Shown here: positions 8,547 through 18,054 of the stretch, in pieces
Layout: each line of letters starts with the position of its first letter
Position numbering within the stretch: the stretch's first letter is position 1
UHGV virus genome: UHGV-0253196
Reading direction: 5' to 3' (one strand)
Origin: a virus
Length of the DNA: 64,000 bases
Translations under genes and position numbers: made by a program
Notes under the pieces: generated by a model
What the model saw: only the letters and a program-made list of their open reading frames with translations
Databases searched by the model: none
What the model was told of the DNA's origin: nothing

Positions 8547-11195
8547 GTGTTAAAAGTAAAACCCGTAGGAAAAGAAAGACACCTATATTTATCAGAGTGC
8601 GCGACATTAACAAACCCCACCAAGAAAGAAGTAAAATCAATTAAATCGGCAACCACCTTTACGAATCCAGCATATGAGCGGGCAAAGAAATATACTCATT
8701 ACACGTCCTATAAGATTCCCCAAACACTATGCTTTAGTAGTGTAGGTTATTTTAGAGGTGTTCCAGCTATCAGATTCCCTATAGGTCTTAGATTTGAGGT
8801 ATCAGAAGACAGACCGATACATAAGGTCATAGACTACAGGGTGTTTGAAAAACCAAAACATAGACCGCCAGAGTTTAAATTAACTTTGCGGGAAGACCAA
8901 GAAAGAGCGTTGCTACAGTACGTGAGTATAAACGCATGGCAAGAAAAACAGCCTTGTGGTCTTGTACAGTTGCCGACCGGGAAAGGAAAGACTATATTAT
9001 CTTTAGCGATAGTGAATGAGTTTAAGTTAAAGACGTTAGTCATAGTGCACACCAATGGTCTTGTTAAAGCCTGGACTGACGATATAAAGAAAGCCTTTGA
9101 TGGTAAAGTTGTGCCGGGTCTTATAAAAGCTAAAAGCAAGACTGTAGGGGACTATATAACCATAGCAACCATACAGACGCTTAATAACATACCAGAGGAC
9201 GAATTAGAGACCTTATTTGATACCTTTGGGCTTATTATACAGGACGAGTGCTTGGTTGGTGATACCTTAATCACCATGCAAGACGGTTCATATAAACCCA
9301 TTAGAGACATTAGAAACGGGGATAAAGTTGCTGTAGGCGGCACCGTTAGTAATGTGTTTAGTAGGAAGTCTGAGATATATGAATTAGTATGCAGACATTC
9401 CACTATAAAAGGTAGTCCTACACACAAGACATGGTGTGTTAAAAAGAAAAACGATAAACACAATTACTATAGTAAGGAAGACCTTGTACAACTTCCGCTA
9501 AAAGACATAACCACGGACTATTTAATACCTGTTAGAGTAGAAGAACCAATAAAGAAACCTAACACTTTAGGCAGTAATTTATGTGCTTTTATCGCACTCA
9601 TAATCTGTAGTGGACACCTAGATAAAAAAAGTAATCGGGTTGTTGTAAATGTATCAAAAAACACTGACTTCTATAGAAGTGTATTTGAAGAAGGGTGTAA
9701 GTGTTTTGGTGTTACTGCAAGTACCAGTTATGATTGCCGAGGAAACTTAAGAATGTGGACAAACAACATAGATATAAGATATTTTCTTGAAACCACTATG
9801 AATATAAACAAAGGTAAAAAGAACAATGTTGTTAGTGTCCCACGCTGGATACTTAATGCGTCAAACACAGAGGTTAAATCCTTTATAGAAACGTGTTTTA
9901 ACTGTAGCGGTGATTTACAGGAAAACAAAGCAATGCACTTTAACTGCGCGTCACAATCGTTTTCTATGGGACTTGTGTTATTACTTAAAAGGTTTGGTGT
10001 ATTAAGCACTATTCACTGTGTTAATAAACGTAAAGGTGTTAAAATTCAATACCGTGTTACTGTAGGAGGTAAGAACTTTAATAAGTTTATGGACACATTT
10101 AATCTGCTGTCATATAAAATGACCGATAGCAGAAATACAGGTAAACGCACGTTCAATAACAGATATGCGGGTAACTACTTTCTTAGTGATGTAGTGAGTT
10201 GTAAGTCTTTAGGTTACACAGAGGACGTATATGATTTCACTGTGAGTAAAGATAACCATAGTTTTATAGCAAATGGCGTTCTAACTCATAATTGCCATCA
10301 CTGCCCTAGTACAAGCTATGAGTTAGTGAATAGATTCAGAGCCACCTATAGATTAGGTCTCACAGCAACACCAGAAAGAAATGACGGTCTCACATTCTTA
10401 ATGACTTTATATTTTGGCGGGTTCTGTTATGAGTACAACAAAGAGTTACAGAAAGACCAGAAGAAAGACAAAGACATTTTACCCTTTGAGGTGATACACC
10501 GGGCCATGAAATATTCCTTTACGCCTATGTTACGTCCAGTGGGACAAAGAGGGTATAAAGTATTGCCATTTGACTATCCCGTGAATAAATATGGCCCGGA
10601 AGATATACCTATTGATTCTATACCTTATAGAGACAGACCGAAAGTAAAGTACAACGAGGTATCAGACCTTGTGATGTTAGATGAAAATAATATCAAACAG
10701 GTGTTACATGATGTGTATACAGAAGGTGTTATTAATAACCGTAGTTGTGTGGTGTTCTTTACCAGTCGTGTGCACTGTGAACACTATTTCCAGAAGTTCA
10801 AAGAAATGGTGACACGCACCACTAGGTATACGTCTGGGAATACAAAGTTTAGTAATATAGCACAGTTATACACAGGTGCCACAAAAGATGATGAAACGTG
10901 TTTAAAACGTGCAATAGACCGAGAAGTGATAGTTACCTTCACCACCTTTGGTAAGAGCACAGAGGGGACTAATATACCGTGTTTAGAAGTAGCGTTTTTA
11001 GTTACGTCTATTAATGACGGTAAAAACACCGAACAGGCCGTAGGACGTATTCGCCGCAAATGTGACACCTACCAGAAATTAGGGCGCGTAAGAGTGTATG
11101 ACTATGACTATAACAAAGTGTATATGTTGAGGTCTCACTACAGAACACGACTTGAAAGATATAAGACCTTGAAAGGTAAAATCATTGATGTATAA
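8547..11195 (+). CDS. SF2 DExH-box DNA helicase (UvsW/type III res-like) interrupted by an intein
   Basis: Motif I LPTGKGKT. Motif II IIQDE|CHH is split by the intein. Also TATPER, TTFGKSTEGTNIP and QAVGRIRR. RBS GAGAGG lies 7 nt upstream of GTG 8547. Confidence 0.75.
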   Translation: MLKVKPVGKERHLYLSECATLTNPTKKEVKSIKSATTFTNPAYERAKKYTHYTSYKIPQTLCFSSVGYFRGVPAIRFPIGLRFEVSEDRPIHKVIDYRVFEKPKHRPPEFKLTLREDQERALLQYVSINAWQEKQPCGLVQLPTGKGKTILSLAIVNEFKLKTLVIVHTNGLVKAWTDDIKKAFDGKVVPGLIKAKSKTVGDYITIATIQTLNNIPEDELETLFDTFGLIIQDECLVGDTLITMQDGSYKPIRDIRNGDKVAVGGTVSNVFSRKSEIYELVCRHSTIKGSPTHKTWCVKKKNDKHNYYSKEDLVQLPLKDITTDYLIPVRVEEPIKKPNTLGSNLCAFIALIICSGHLDKKSNRVVVNVSKNTDFYRSVFEEGCKCFGVTASTSYDCRGNLRMWTNNIDIRYFLETTMNINKGKKNNVVSVPRWILNASNTEVKSFIETCFNCSGDLQENKAMHFNCASQSFSMGLVLLLKRFGVLSTIHCVNKRKGVKIQYRVTVGGKNFNKFMDTFNLLSYKMTDSRNTGKRTFNNRYAGNYFLSDVVSCKSLGYTEDVYDFTVSKDNHSFIANGVLTHNCHHCPSTSYELVNRFRATYRLGLTATPERNDGLTFLMTLYFGGFCYEYNKELQKDQKKDKDILPFEVIHRAMKYSFTPMLRPVGQRGYKVLPFDYPVNKYGPEDIPIDSIPYRDRPKVKYNEVSDLVMLDENNIKQVLHDVYTEGVINNRSCVVFFTSRVHCEHYFQKFKEMVTRTTRYTSGNTKFSNIAQLYTGATKDDETCLKRAIDREVIVTFTTFGKSTEGTNIPCLEVAFLVTSINDGKNTEQAVGRIRRKCDTYQKLGRVRVYDYDYNKVYMLRSHYRTRLERYKTLKGKIIDV
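9249..10292 (+). mobile_element. intein (348 aa) with a degenerate LAGLIDADG homing-endonuclease core, inserted between DE and CHH of helicase motif II
   Basis: N-terminal CLVGDTLI, C-terminal VLTHN, and +1 Cys restoring DECHH. Internal LIICSGHLD and FNCSGDL motifs. Confidence 0.7.
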
Positions 11196-11266
11196 CTATG
11201 TTCATATTGACTAATACTTATAATGAAGCTATAATTAACGTTAGTATAATTTAAGGAGGTAAAATT

Positions 11267-11752
11267 GTGGCATTAAGCATAAGGGACATAAAAAGACAGA
11301 CCTTAGAAGGTAAAGTAGCACGTTACGACCAGATAAGGTCACAGATGAAAGCACTCAGCGAGGAAAAAGACGAATTGTCCAAAGAGATTAAAGAGTTTGC
11401 GTCCAAAGAGGGTGTTAAAGATTCCTCCGGGTCTTATTACTATGACAATGACGGGTTTGTGTTCGGCAGTGTTGCAAAGACCGTGAGAAAGATAAACCAG
11501 GAGAAAGCGATTGCCTTTTTTAAAGAAATGGGTTATTTAAGGTGTATCAAGAAAGTAGAAGTTGTCAATGAAGCCATGGTAGAAAGATACCTTGATGAAG
11601 GTAAGTTGACTGTAGAAGACCTGGAAGACATAACAGACAGCACAACAACCTACAGTGTTTCAGTAACACGCAAGGAAGAAATGCCAGAGGTTGAACAGAC
11701 CTCTTTCTCCATGGCGGCGTCCAGAAAACCAAAGTTAAGAGTAAGGAGGTAA
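11267..11752 (+). CDS. hypothetical protein
   Basis: RBS AAGGAGG precedes GTG. Confidence 0.5.
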   Translation: MALSIRDIKRQTLEGKVARYDQIRSQMKALSEEKDELSKEIKEFASKEGVKDSSGSYYYDNDGFVFGSVAKTVRKINQEKAIAFFKEMGYLRCIKKVEVVNEAMVERYLDEGKLTVEDLEDITDSTTTYSVSVTRKEEMPEVEQTSFSMAASRKPKLRVRR

Positions 11753-12093
11753 TGTATATGCCATTCAAAGGGCCTGTCAAAGTTAAAGTACCGTCTGGTG
11801 AAGTAGTGAATTGCTACTATTTATATGAGTTAGCAGAGAGACTAGGTAGACAGTCCCAGACAGTGAGAAAGTGGGAGATTGCAGGGACTATACCACAAAG
11901 CGGGTTCCGTGATAAATTTAATTGCCGTCTGTATTCCGAGGAACAAATGCAGATTATAATTGAAGAAGCGGAACGCGCCCATTTAAGACCGGGTAGACAC
12001 CCCGCACACACTACGTTTGCTATGCATGTAAGTAGACGCATGAAGGAGTTATCAGACCGTTACATGACACCAAAGAAAAGTGTTGCGGTATGA
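11752..12093 (+). CDS. MerR-like helix-turn-helix DNA-binding protein
   Basis: YELAERLGRQSQTVRKWEIAG resembles a MerR-type HTH. Confidence 0.4.
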   Translation: MYMPFKGPVKVKVPSGEVVNCYYLYELAERLGRQSQTVRKWEIAGTIPQSGFRDKFNCRLYSEEQMQIIIEEAERAHLRPGRHPAHTTFAMHVSRRMKELSDRYMTPKKSVAV

Positions 12094-12122
12094 AATAAAT
12101 TTGTAGAAGGGAAAGAATAAGT

Positions 12123-12254
12123 ATGAAATTTAAAGAAGCATATAGACTTATGAGAGAAGACAAGAAAGTGAAGTTGCCTAGCTGGTCTGGATTTTGGTGT
12201 TGGGATAAAACAAAGAAAGTATTATCATGCACACTAAAGAAGGAGAAGTGTTAG
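12123..12254 (+). CDS. short ORF (43 aa) with a DUF2829-like N-terminal motif, possibly a truncated or frameshifted paralogue
   Basis: MKFKEAYRLMREDKKVKLPSWSGFW fits FxEAxxxMKxxKKVxxxxWxG. RBS GGGAAAG lies upstream. It overlaps the next gene in another frame. Confidence 0.3.
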   Translation: MKFKEAYRLMREDKKVKLPSWSGFWCWDKTKKVLSCTLKKEKC

Positions 12255-12580
12255 ACATACGAGACACCAAGAACGTAGGGTATACACTTACGAATATCTT
12301 TAGTGATGAATGGGAAGAAGCAACACCAATAAACACCCCGCTGATTGGCGGTTCATTAGCAATGTCATTTGAAACGGCATTAATGTTAATGAAGTGTAAG
12401 AAACGTCCTATGAGAAGAAACACCTGGGAAGACGGGACGTATATTATTACATGGGACAGTGCAGAAGGACCGAGACTTAAAAAGACTACGGCTAAATCAT
12501 GTAGCTTTAAAGTATATACACCAACACAAGAAGATATGTTCACAGATGATTGGACATATTTTGTACACAAGGAGGACTAA
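12227..12580 (+). CDS. DUF2829-like protein (family reported as Thoeris anti-defence Tad2), tentative
   Basis: FETALMLMKCKKRPMRRNTWEDGTYI plus the C-terminal DDWTYFVH match my recollection of the FxEALxALKxGKKVxRxGWNGKGMYI...EDWEIV pattern. This is unverified. Confidence 0.35.
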   Translation: MHTKEGEVLDIRDTKNVGYTLTNIFSDEWEEATPINTPLIGGSLAMSFETALMLMKCKKRPMRRNTWEDGTYIITWDSAEGPRLKKTTAKSCSFKVYTPTQEDMFTDDWTYFVHKED

Positions 12581-12583
12581 ACA

Positions 12584-12904
12584 ATGAAAGTACCTGTTAA
12601 GAAAAAGACTGAGGATAAGGTGAAGAAAAGCATTAAGCAATTAAATGCACCAAACCTTACACCAGAGGAAACAGAAGCACTTGAAGACATGTTACAGGAG
12701 ACAGAACCCAGTGGGGTTCCTATTGACCGTCTTAATAAAGTGGTCGAGTTTGTGTTTAACCGTTTCAATCTGCAAGACAAGGACTATCAAATTGATTCTT
12801 ATGCAGAGAAGAATGGTAAGGTGAAATTGAGTGTTAGTAATCCGCAGTACACCGTGGCTGTTACAATCAATGACCGGGAAGAGCACCCAGAACTTGTGTA
12901 TTAA
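12584..12904 (+). CDS. hypothetical protein
   Basis: RBS AGGAGG. Confidence 0.5.
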   Translation: MKVPVKKKTEDKVKKSIKQLNAPNLTPEETEALEDMLQETEPSGVPIDRLNKVVEFVFNRFNLQDKDYQIDSYAEKNGKVKLSVSNPQYTVAVTINDREEHPELVY

Positions 12905-13040
12905 CAAAGAGGAATACGCATGGCTGTAAAAGTGATTGAGTATGGCATAATGATGGGGTTGCCGTGAATTATGAATACAACATTACAGAGAGAAAACTGA
13001 ATTGCTATAGAGTCAGCGAATATTAAGATTTGGAGGATTA

Positions 13041-13187
13041 TGTGGAAGAAAAATGTCTTGATTGTAAATGGTGTGAAATCATTGAGAATGGTGCATATGG
13101 ATTTTTGGGTGAATCGCTATTGACGTGTGCAATAGATGAAGAAGATACGGAAGATATTGCAGTATGCTTTGAACCGAAAGAAAATTA
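13041..13187 (+). CDS. small Cys-rich acidic protein (48 aa, GTG start), not in the ORF track
   Basis: RBS GGAGG lies 5 nt upstream of GTG. The product is EEKCLDCKWCEII...TCAIDEE...VCFEP. Confidence 0.25.
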
Positions 13188-13221
13188 AAATTTCCGAGAG
13201 AACCGGAAGAAAGGAACAGAG

Positions 13222-13503
13222 ATGAAAAAGTCTGATGCGAAATGGAAAGCGAGAATTTTTAAAGACAAGGTATTAAAACCTGCTATCAAAGACCAATTAC
13301 AAATTCTTTCTCAGGTGGTGCTTTGTAGCAAAGAATTAAAAATAGAGTATTACAAAGATGCTGTTTATGCAGATGGAAAGACAAAATTATTTGAACAATA
13401 CCCATCATGTAAACAATGGGAACATAGATATTGTCCAGCTAAAGGAAAGAAATATAGGGGTTATGTAACGCCTGGTGGGTATATGTTTTTTTGGAGACAG
13501 TGA
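13222..13503 (+). CDS. hypothetical protein
   Basis: RBS GAAAGGAACAGAG. Confidence 0.45.
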   Translation: MKKSDAKWKARIFKDKVLKPAIKDQLQILSQVVLCSKELKIEYYKDAVYADGKTKLFEQYPSCKQWEHRYCPAKGKKYRGYVTPGGYMFFWRQ

Positions 13504-13714
13504 AATAGAAATATATTGTAAAGTGATTGCGGCATTTGCTAGTGAGGAATCACCATTAATCATTCCTTTTAGCGAAACGTAAATTAGCTAAACTGACATT
13601 TTGGAGGATGCGAATGTATCAATATTATATATCGGCGGCAACCAATGTTGGTTATGTATCTTTTGTGTATAAACTTGATTTTAAGATGGATATAGTAGTG
13701 AAGGAGCGTTGAAA

Positions 13715-14056
13715 GTGAAAAGAAAGTTAAGCAACCCACAGTTAAGAACACAGACACAGAAGAATGTAAGAAAAGGTAACACCACCGTAACCAGAAAGCG
13801 TGACGGTGTAGAAGATTTAATAGAAAAAGGTGCTGTAGCAGAACTTCCTATTAAGAGACAGTCCAACACAGAACCACTTGTCGGTATGAGTAAGGGTATC
13901 ACCAAGAATATGCAGAACTATGAAAGCCTGCGACTGGACGTGTGGTATAGTGATGTTGTCAGAAAAGGTGAAACACCACAAGACGCATTACAGCGTGTAG
14001 AAGCGGTTATAGATACCGTCCTTGAAAACACTGTAGCGTACTATCTGGACGATTGA
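13715..14056 (+). CDS. hypothetical basic protein
   Basis: RBS GAAGGAG lies 10 nt upstream of GTG 13715. Confidence 0.45.
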   Translation: MKRKLSNPQLRTQTQKNVRKGNTTVTRKRDGVEDLIEKGAVAELPIKRQSNTEPLVGMSKGITKNMQNYESLRLDVWYSDVVRKGETPQDALQRVEAVIDTVLENTVAYYLDD

Positions 14057-14265
14057 GAGGTGTACCTATGAAATACTCCGATAAAGTGTTAGATGGTGTT
14101 AAAAGACTACTCTGGTGCGATTTACACACCATCAACGTTAAGAGACAGAGAGCAGAAAAGCAGGACAACAAAGAACTTGCTAAAATGTACAAAGACCAGG
14201 GAGAATTGATAGCCACACTCATTGCCAATACACCTGGGCTACAGGATAAATTAGGCCAGTCATAA
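14053..14265 (+). CDS. hypothetical protein
   Basis: Its start overlaps the upstream stop (ATGA). RBS GAGAGG. Confidence 0.45.
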   Translation: MRGVPMKYSDKVLDGVKRLLWCDLHTINVKRQRAEKQDNKELAKMYKDQGELIATLIANTPGLQDKLGQS

Positions 14266-14280
14266 GACTGGTCTTCTTTT
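14251..14280 (+). terminator. rho-independent terminator (CCAGTC ATAA GACTGG followed by TCTTCTTTT)
   Basis: Perfect 6-bp stem plus a T-run. Confidence 0.6.
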
Positions 14281-14284
14281 GACC

Positions 14285-14319
14285 TTATATGTGTTTATGT
14301 GTTAAAATGCTAATATAAT
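14285..14319 (+). promoter_or_regulatory. candidate sigma-A promoter of the replication operon (TATAAT at 14314; weak -35)
   Basis: A consensus -10 lies 30 nt upstream of the RBS of gene 14348. Confidence 0.35.
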
Positions 14320-14347
14320 AAATAAGTGTGAGAGAGGGGAATTAAAT

Positions 14348-14935
14348 ATGAACGACATTGACGGTCTTTTGAGCGAGTTTAGAAATGCCAGAGGACAGGA
14401 GTTAAAGCCGCCCCAAAAGAATGATGGTGTTGTAAACAGCGTACACGCTGAGTATGACAAGGGTAAGACACATTCCGCAAGCAAGTGGTATAATCATTTT
14501 CTTGCACTGTATGACGATATGGAAAACACCATAGACGATTGGACAGTAAGAGACTTAATGTACTACTTCCGGGAAAAATCCCGTGAGAATGGGTGTAACT
14601 ATGTTATACACAACATGAGACGTGATATGGGAATCTTCAAGACACTATGTAGTAATTTTAGTAATCGGGACATAGTGTTGATGATTGAATTTCTGTATGA
14701 GAGCGGGCAAAAGTATTTATCATTAGACACCCTACAGCCTACGGTGTTATCTAGTAATTGGGTTATTACTATACAACGTGACGCACACCTGTGGTTAGAC
14801 GATAAGTTTGACCCGGACAAGAAGAACGTTGATAAAAAGAAACCTTCCTTATATAATAAGAAAGCAACACCTTCCAGAGAGTACACAAAGCCAAACACTG
14901 GAGAGAGTAAAGTTAGAATAGGAGCGTGGAAGTAG
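14348..14935 (+). CDS. hypothetical protein, first gene of the replication operon
   Basis: RBS AGAGAGGGGA. Its position is immediately upstream of the helicase loader. Confidence 0.45.
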   Translation: MNDIDGLLSEFRNARGQELKPPQKNDGVVNSVHAEYDKGKTHSASKWYNHFLALYDDMENTIDDWTVRDLMYYFREKSRENGCNYVIHNMRRDMGIFKTLCSNFSNRDIVLMIEFLYESGQKYLSLDTLQPTVLSSNWVITIQRDAHLWLDDKFDPDKKNVDKKKPSLYNKKATPSREYTKPNTGESKVRIGAWK

Positions 14936-15558
14936 TGAGACCAAGAAGAACAAGTTACAAACAGTCAAGTCTTTTGATGGTGGGTATTCCTAAAAAATTC
15001 TGTGAGTGCACACTAAAAGACTACAACACCTTTGGGTCTACAGACTTAGTGGCATTGAAAGACTACATTAGATTTTACATTGAGAATGTAGAAGACACTT
15101 TCAAAGAGTGCCATGGTCTTTATATGTATGGTAGTAACGGTGTGGGTAAAACCATGTTAGCGTCTATTATCCTACGTGAAGCATTTATGTGTCGTTTCAC
15201 TGTCAGACGGTGCACCTTTGCTGATTATATCGCAGAGTACACCAGAGCGTGGTCTTGCACCGGGAAAGACGAAAAAGACGCAATGGAAGATAACCTGTTT
15301 ACATACTACAAGGGTGTTGAGTTCCTTGTGTTAGAAGAAGTGGGGAAAGAGATTGACACAAAGATAGCGCGACCGATATTAGAAGACCTTTTGAGGTATA
15401 GAGAAGAAAAGGGCCTTGTAACCATCATGTGTTCCAACATAACCCCGGAGGACTTCTTTGAGAGATACGGCAACAGTATAATGTCTTTAATGCAGGGTAA
15501 CATGACCCCTATCGAGATTGTGGGGAAAGACCGCCGAGAAGTTAAAGACCACTATTAA
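14926..15558 (+). CDS. DnaC/IstB-like AAA+ helicase loader
   Basis: Walker A YGSNGVGKT and Walker B LVLEEVG, with a size of about 210 aa. Confidence 0.65.
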   Translation: MEVVRPRRTSYKQSSLLMVGIPKKFCECTLKDYNTFGSTDLVALKDYIRFYIENVEDTFKECHGLYMYGSNGVGKTMLASIILREAFMCRFTVRRCTFADYIAEYTRAWSCTGKDEKDAMEDNLFTYYKGVEFLVLEEVGKEIDTKIARPILEDLLRYREEKGLVTIMCSNITPEDFFERYGNSIMSLMQGNMTPIEIVGKDRREVKDHY

Positions 15559-15569
15559 GGAGGAAAGCA

Positions 15570-15929
15570 TTGTTAAAGCTGAAAGTAAGAAAGAAGGTCT
15601 CCGAGACAAAACCGAACACGCATGACTGGGAGTTAATATCCAGTCTTGCAAGACAGATGGTAGATATTGAGCGGGAGATAAACACCCTCAAAGAGAAGTA
15701 CAACGAGGTCAGAAAGCAGTTAGCGTGTGCGAAGTACAACAACCTGCAGTTAGGCAAGAAGTACAGTTACAGGACAGACAAGAGTGTTGTAGAGGGTATA
15801 TTAAGATACCGCACCACCTACGATAATCGAAACGAATACTTTGAGTTGCAGGTAGTAAAGAAAGACGGTCTGATAGGTGAAGTAGTCCGCGTAGTGTTAA
15901 ACCCGGACGGCCTCACTTTGATAGAGTAG
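15570..15929 (+). CDS. hypothetical coiled-coil protein
   Basis: RBS AAGGAGG precedes TTG. Confidence 0.45.
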   Translation: MLKLKVRKKVSETKPNTHDWELISSLARQMVDIEREINTLKEKYNEVRKQLACAKYNNLQLGKKYSYRTDKSVVEGILRYRTTYDNRNEYFELQVVKKDGLIGEVVRVVLNPDGLTLIE

Positions 15930-16017
15930 TTTGTGGCACACAAATAAGTATGATATAATAGCGCATAGTGCAAACAACCATTATGCGCTAATTTTACATA
16001 GAGAGAAGGTGTTATAA

Positions 16018-16446
16018 TTGTTACACGGAAACATATCTAACCAGTCCGGCACAACCATAGCGTTCCGCTGTGAAGACTTCCTTATTAAGTTCCACAATGA
16101 CACATTGACTGATAGAGTTGTGTCTTTCTTTGCGGGTAAAGAGAAACGCGCGGAGGTAGATAACAAAGTGTTAAGTGTCATGGAACACTTGTACAGAAAC
16201 ACAGAGTACAACGTGGACTTAGTGATTGAGAGAAAAAACTACACTGATAAGCTAAAATCCATGGTAGAAGATATGCCATGTAGTCGTGTGGTGTTGATTG
16301 ATAGTCTCAATAACATAGGGTCACGCATTTTAATAGGTGATTTAAGCTACTATGTTGATGACGATTATGAACGTAGGCGGCAGATAAACAGTAACTATGC
16401 AGTGACGCTAAACGAACTTAGAAGTATGACAAGAATAGGACGGTAA
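16018..16446 (+). CDS. hypothetical protein
   Basis: RBS GAGAGAAGGTG precedes TTG. Confidence 0.4.
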   Translation: MLHGNISNQSGTTIAFRCEDFLIKFHNDTLTDRVVSFFAGKEKRAEVDNKVLSVMEHLYRNTEYNVDLVIERKNYTDKLKSMVEDMPCSRVVLIDSLNNIGSRILIGDLSYYVDDDYERRRQINSNYAVTLNELRSMTRIGR

Positions 16447-16451
16447 TCGTT

Positions 16452-17789
16452 TTGAGTGACAAGAACCTAGATAAACTCAATGTTGAGCGGGGTCTTATAT
16501 CAAAGCTGATAGAGACACGGGACATTGAGACCATAACTACATTAGATATAGACACCAGATTCTTTACCGGGGAACACAGACGGGTGTTCAGCTACATAAC
16601 AAAGTTTGTGTTAGAGAATGGCGAGGTGCCAACACCACGTGTTGTAAAGAAGAACTTCCCAAACTACATCATTGAACGATATTACAATGACGACCGGGGA
16701 GAAAAGATTTACGGCACAGCAGAACCACTTGACTATTGGTGTTCAGAGATACGCCGAAAGTTGAAACACAACACCCTTGCAGAAATGATAGAAAAAGCGG
16801 GAGAGACGTTAGGTGAATTTGATACTGAGGAAGCGTATAAGCAGATTAAGAAAGCTATCTCCTATGTTGATAGTGAGGTAGAAATAACTAAGTCGGTAGA
16901 CATTACAGACAGCACCGATAAGCGAAAAGAAGTTTATGAAAAGAAGAAGTTAAACCATGGTATTGTCGGTCTTGAAACAGGTATAATACCTTTAGACAGA
17001 ATCCTAAGAGGTCTTCCAGACGAAACACTGACTATGATAATAGCCACCACCGGAGTGGGAAAAACCTTTATGCAAGTTTTAATTGGTTCTTATCTTGCAT
17101 TAGAGGGTTACAAGGTACAACACTTCATAACTGAAATGTCTGATAATCAAATGCGAGACAGGTATGAAATGATGTTGTACTCAATGACCGTGGGACACAT
17201 AAGCTACAAGCAGTTTAAAGAAGGTAAACTTCCATTTAAGCAGGAGAAGTCTTACTATGAATTTTTAGACGAGATACTACCAGACATAACCCCGGTGATT
17301 CTTACACCCGCAAAGGGTGTTCTTGCAATGAGAGCAGACATAGAGAAAGAGAAACCAGACCTTGTTATGATTGACGGTGTTTACCTCATGCAAGACGACC
17401 AGGGGGCAAAAGACGATTGGTTAAGGGTAGCGCACATTACCCGTGACTTAAAGACCGCCTGTAAAGATTTACACCTACCGTTTTTAGGTAACACACAAGC
17501 AAGTCAAACTACGTCAAAGAAGACCGGGCCAGGACTTGATTCGATTATGTACACACAAGCCATAGGACAAGACTGTGATAACATCATAGCCATGTGGCGT
17601 GATGAAGTGATGTATAATGAGAAAGAAATGGGTGTTAAAGTCTTAAAACAAAGAGAAGGTGAACAAGGTCAGTTCATAATGACCTGGGACTTTGAGACAA
17701 TGACCTTTAAGCCCATTTACAGTGTAGACCAAGACGGTAATTCCAATCCAGAAGAAGATGAAGACGCAGAAGACGCTTTACTGGATTAA
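16452..17789 (+). CDS. dnaB: DnaB-family replicative DNA helicase
   Basis: GLETGIIPLDRILRGLPDETLTMIIATTGVGKTF is the DnaB C-terminal RecA-fold signature. The protein is 445 aa. Confidence 0.8.
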   Translation: MSDKNLDKLNVERGLISKLIETRDIETITTLDIDTRFFTGEHRRVFSYITKFVLENGEVPTPRVVKKNFPNYIIERYYNDDRGEKIYGTAEPLDYWCSEIRRKLKHNTLAEMIEKAGETLGEFDTEEAYKQIKKAISYVDSEVEITKSVDITDSTDKRKEVYEKKKLNHGIVGLETGIIPLDRILRGLPDETLTMIIATTGVGKTFMQVLIGSYLALEGYKVQHFITEMSDNQMRDRYEMMLYSMTVGHISYKQFKEGKLPFKQEKSYYEFLDEILPDITPVILTPAKGVLAMRADIEKEKPDLVMIDGVYLMQDDQGAKDDWLRVAHITRDLKTACKDLHLPFLGNTQASQTTSKKTGPGLDSIMYTQAIGQDCDNIIAMWRDEVMYNEKEMGVKVLKQREGEQGQFIMTWDFETMTFKPIYSVDQDGNSNPEEDEDAEDALLD

Positions 17790-17853
17790 TAGCATTAGAC
17801 GGTGTTTGAATAGCACCGTTTTTGTTGTATAATGACACATATTTGAAAGAGAG

Positions 17854-18054
17854 GTGATTGTATTGTTTACTCGTTATAGAATCATGAAGACCCTGGACAC
17901 GTTAAAAGGTGAATGTCATGTTCGGTGTGTTTCATGCGGGAAACTAATGACACCAAAAGAAGTGTATTATTTTGGAACCACCTGTGAAAAGTGTGAGCAA
18001 AAACAGTTAAAGAGGTTAGAGAATGAGCGAGTTATTGACGAAAGAACAAGTTGA
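17854..18054 (+). CDS. small zinc-ribbon protein
   Basis: CVSCGK...CEKCEQ forms a CxxC...CxxC pattern. Confidence 0.4.
   Translation: MIVLFTRYRIMKTLDTLKGECHVRCVSCGKLMTPKEVYYFGTTCEKCEQKQLKRLENERVIDERTS

Noticed and set aside
11565-12570. Minus-strand ORFs 11565..11780, 11817..12041, 12020..12232, 12178..12570
   Set aside because: They are antisense to + strand genes that have RBSs, and the whole region is co-directional on the + strand.
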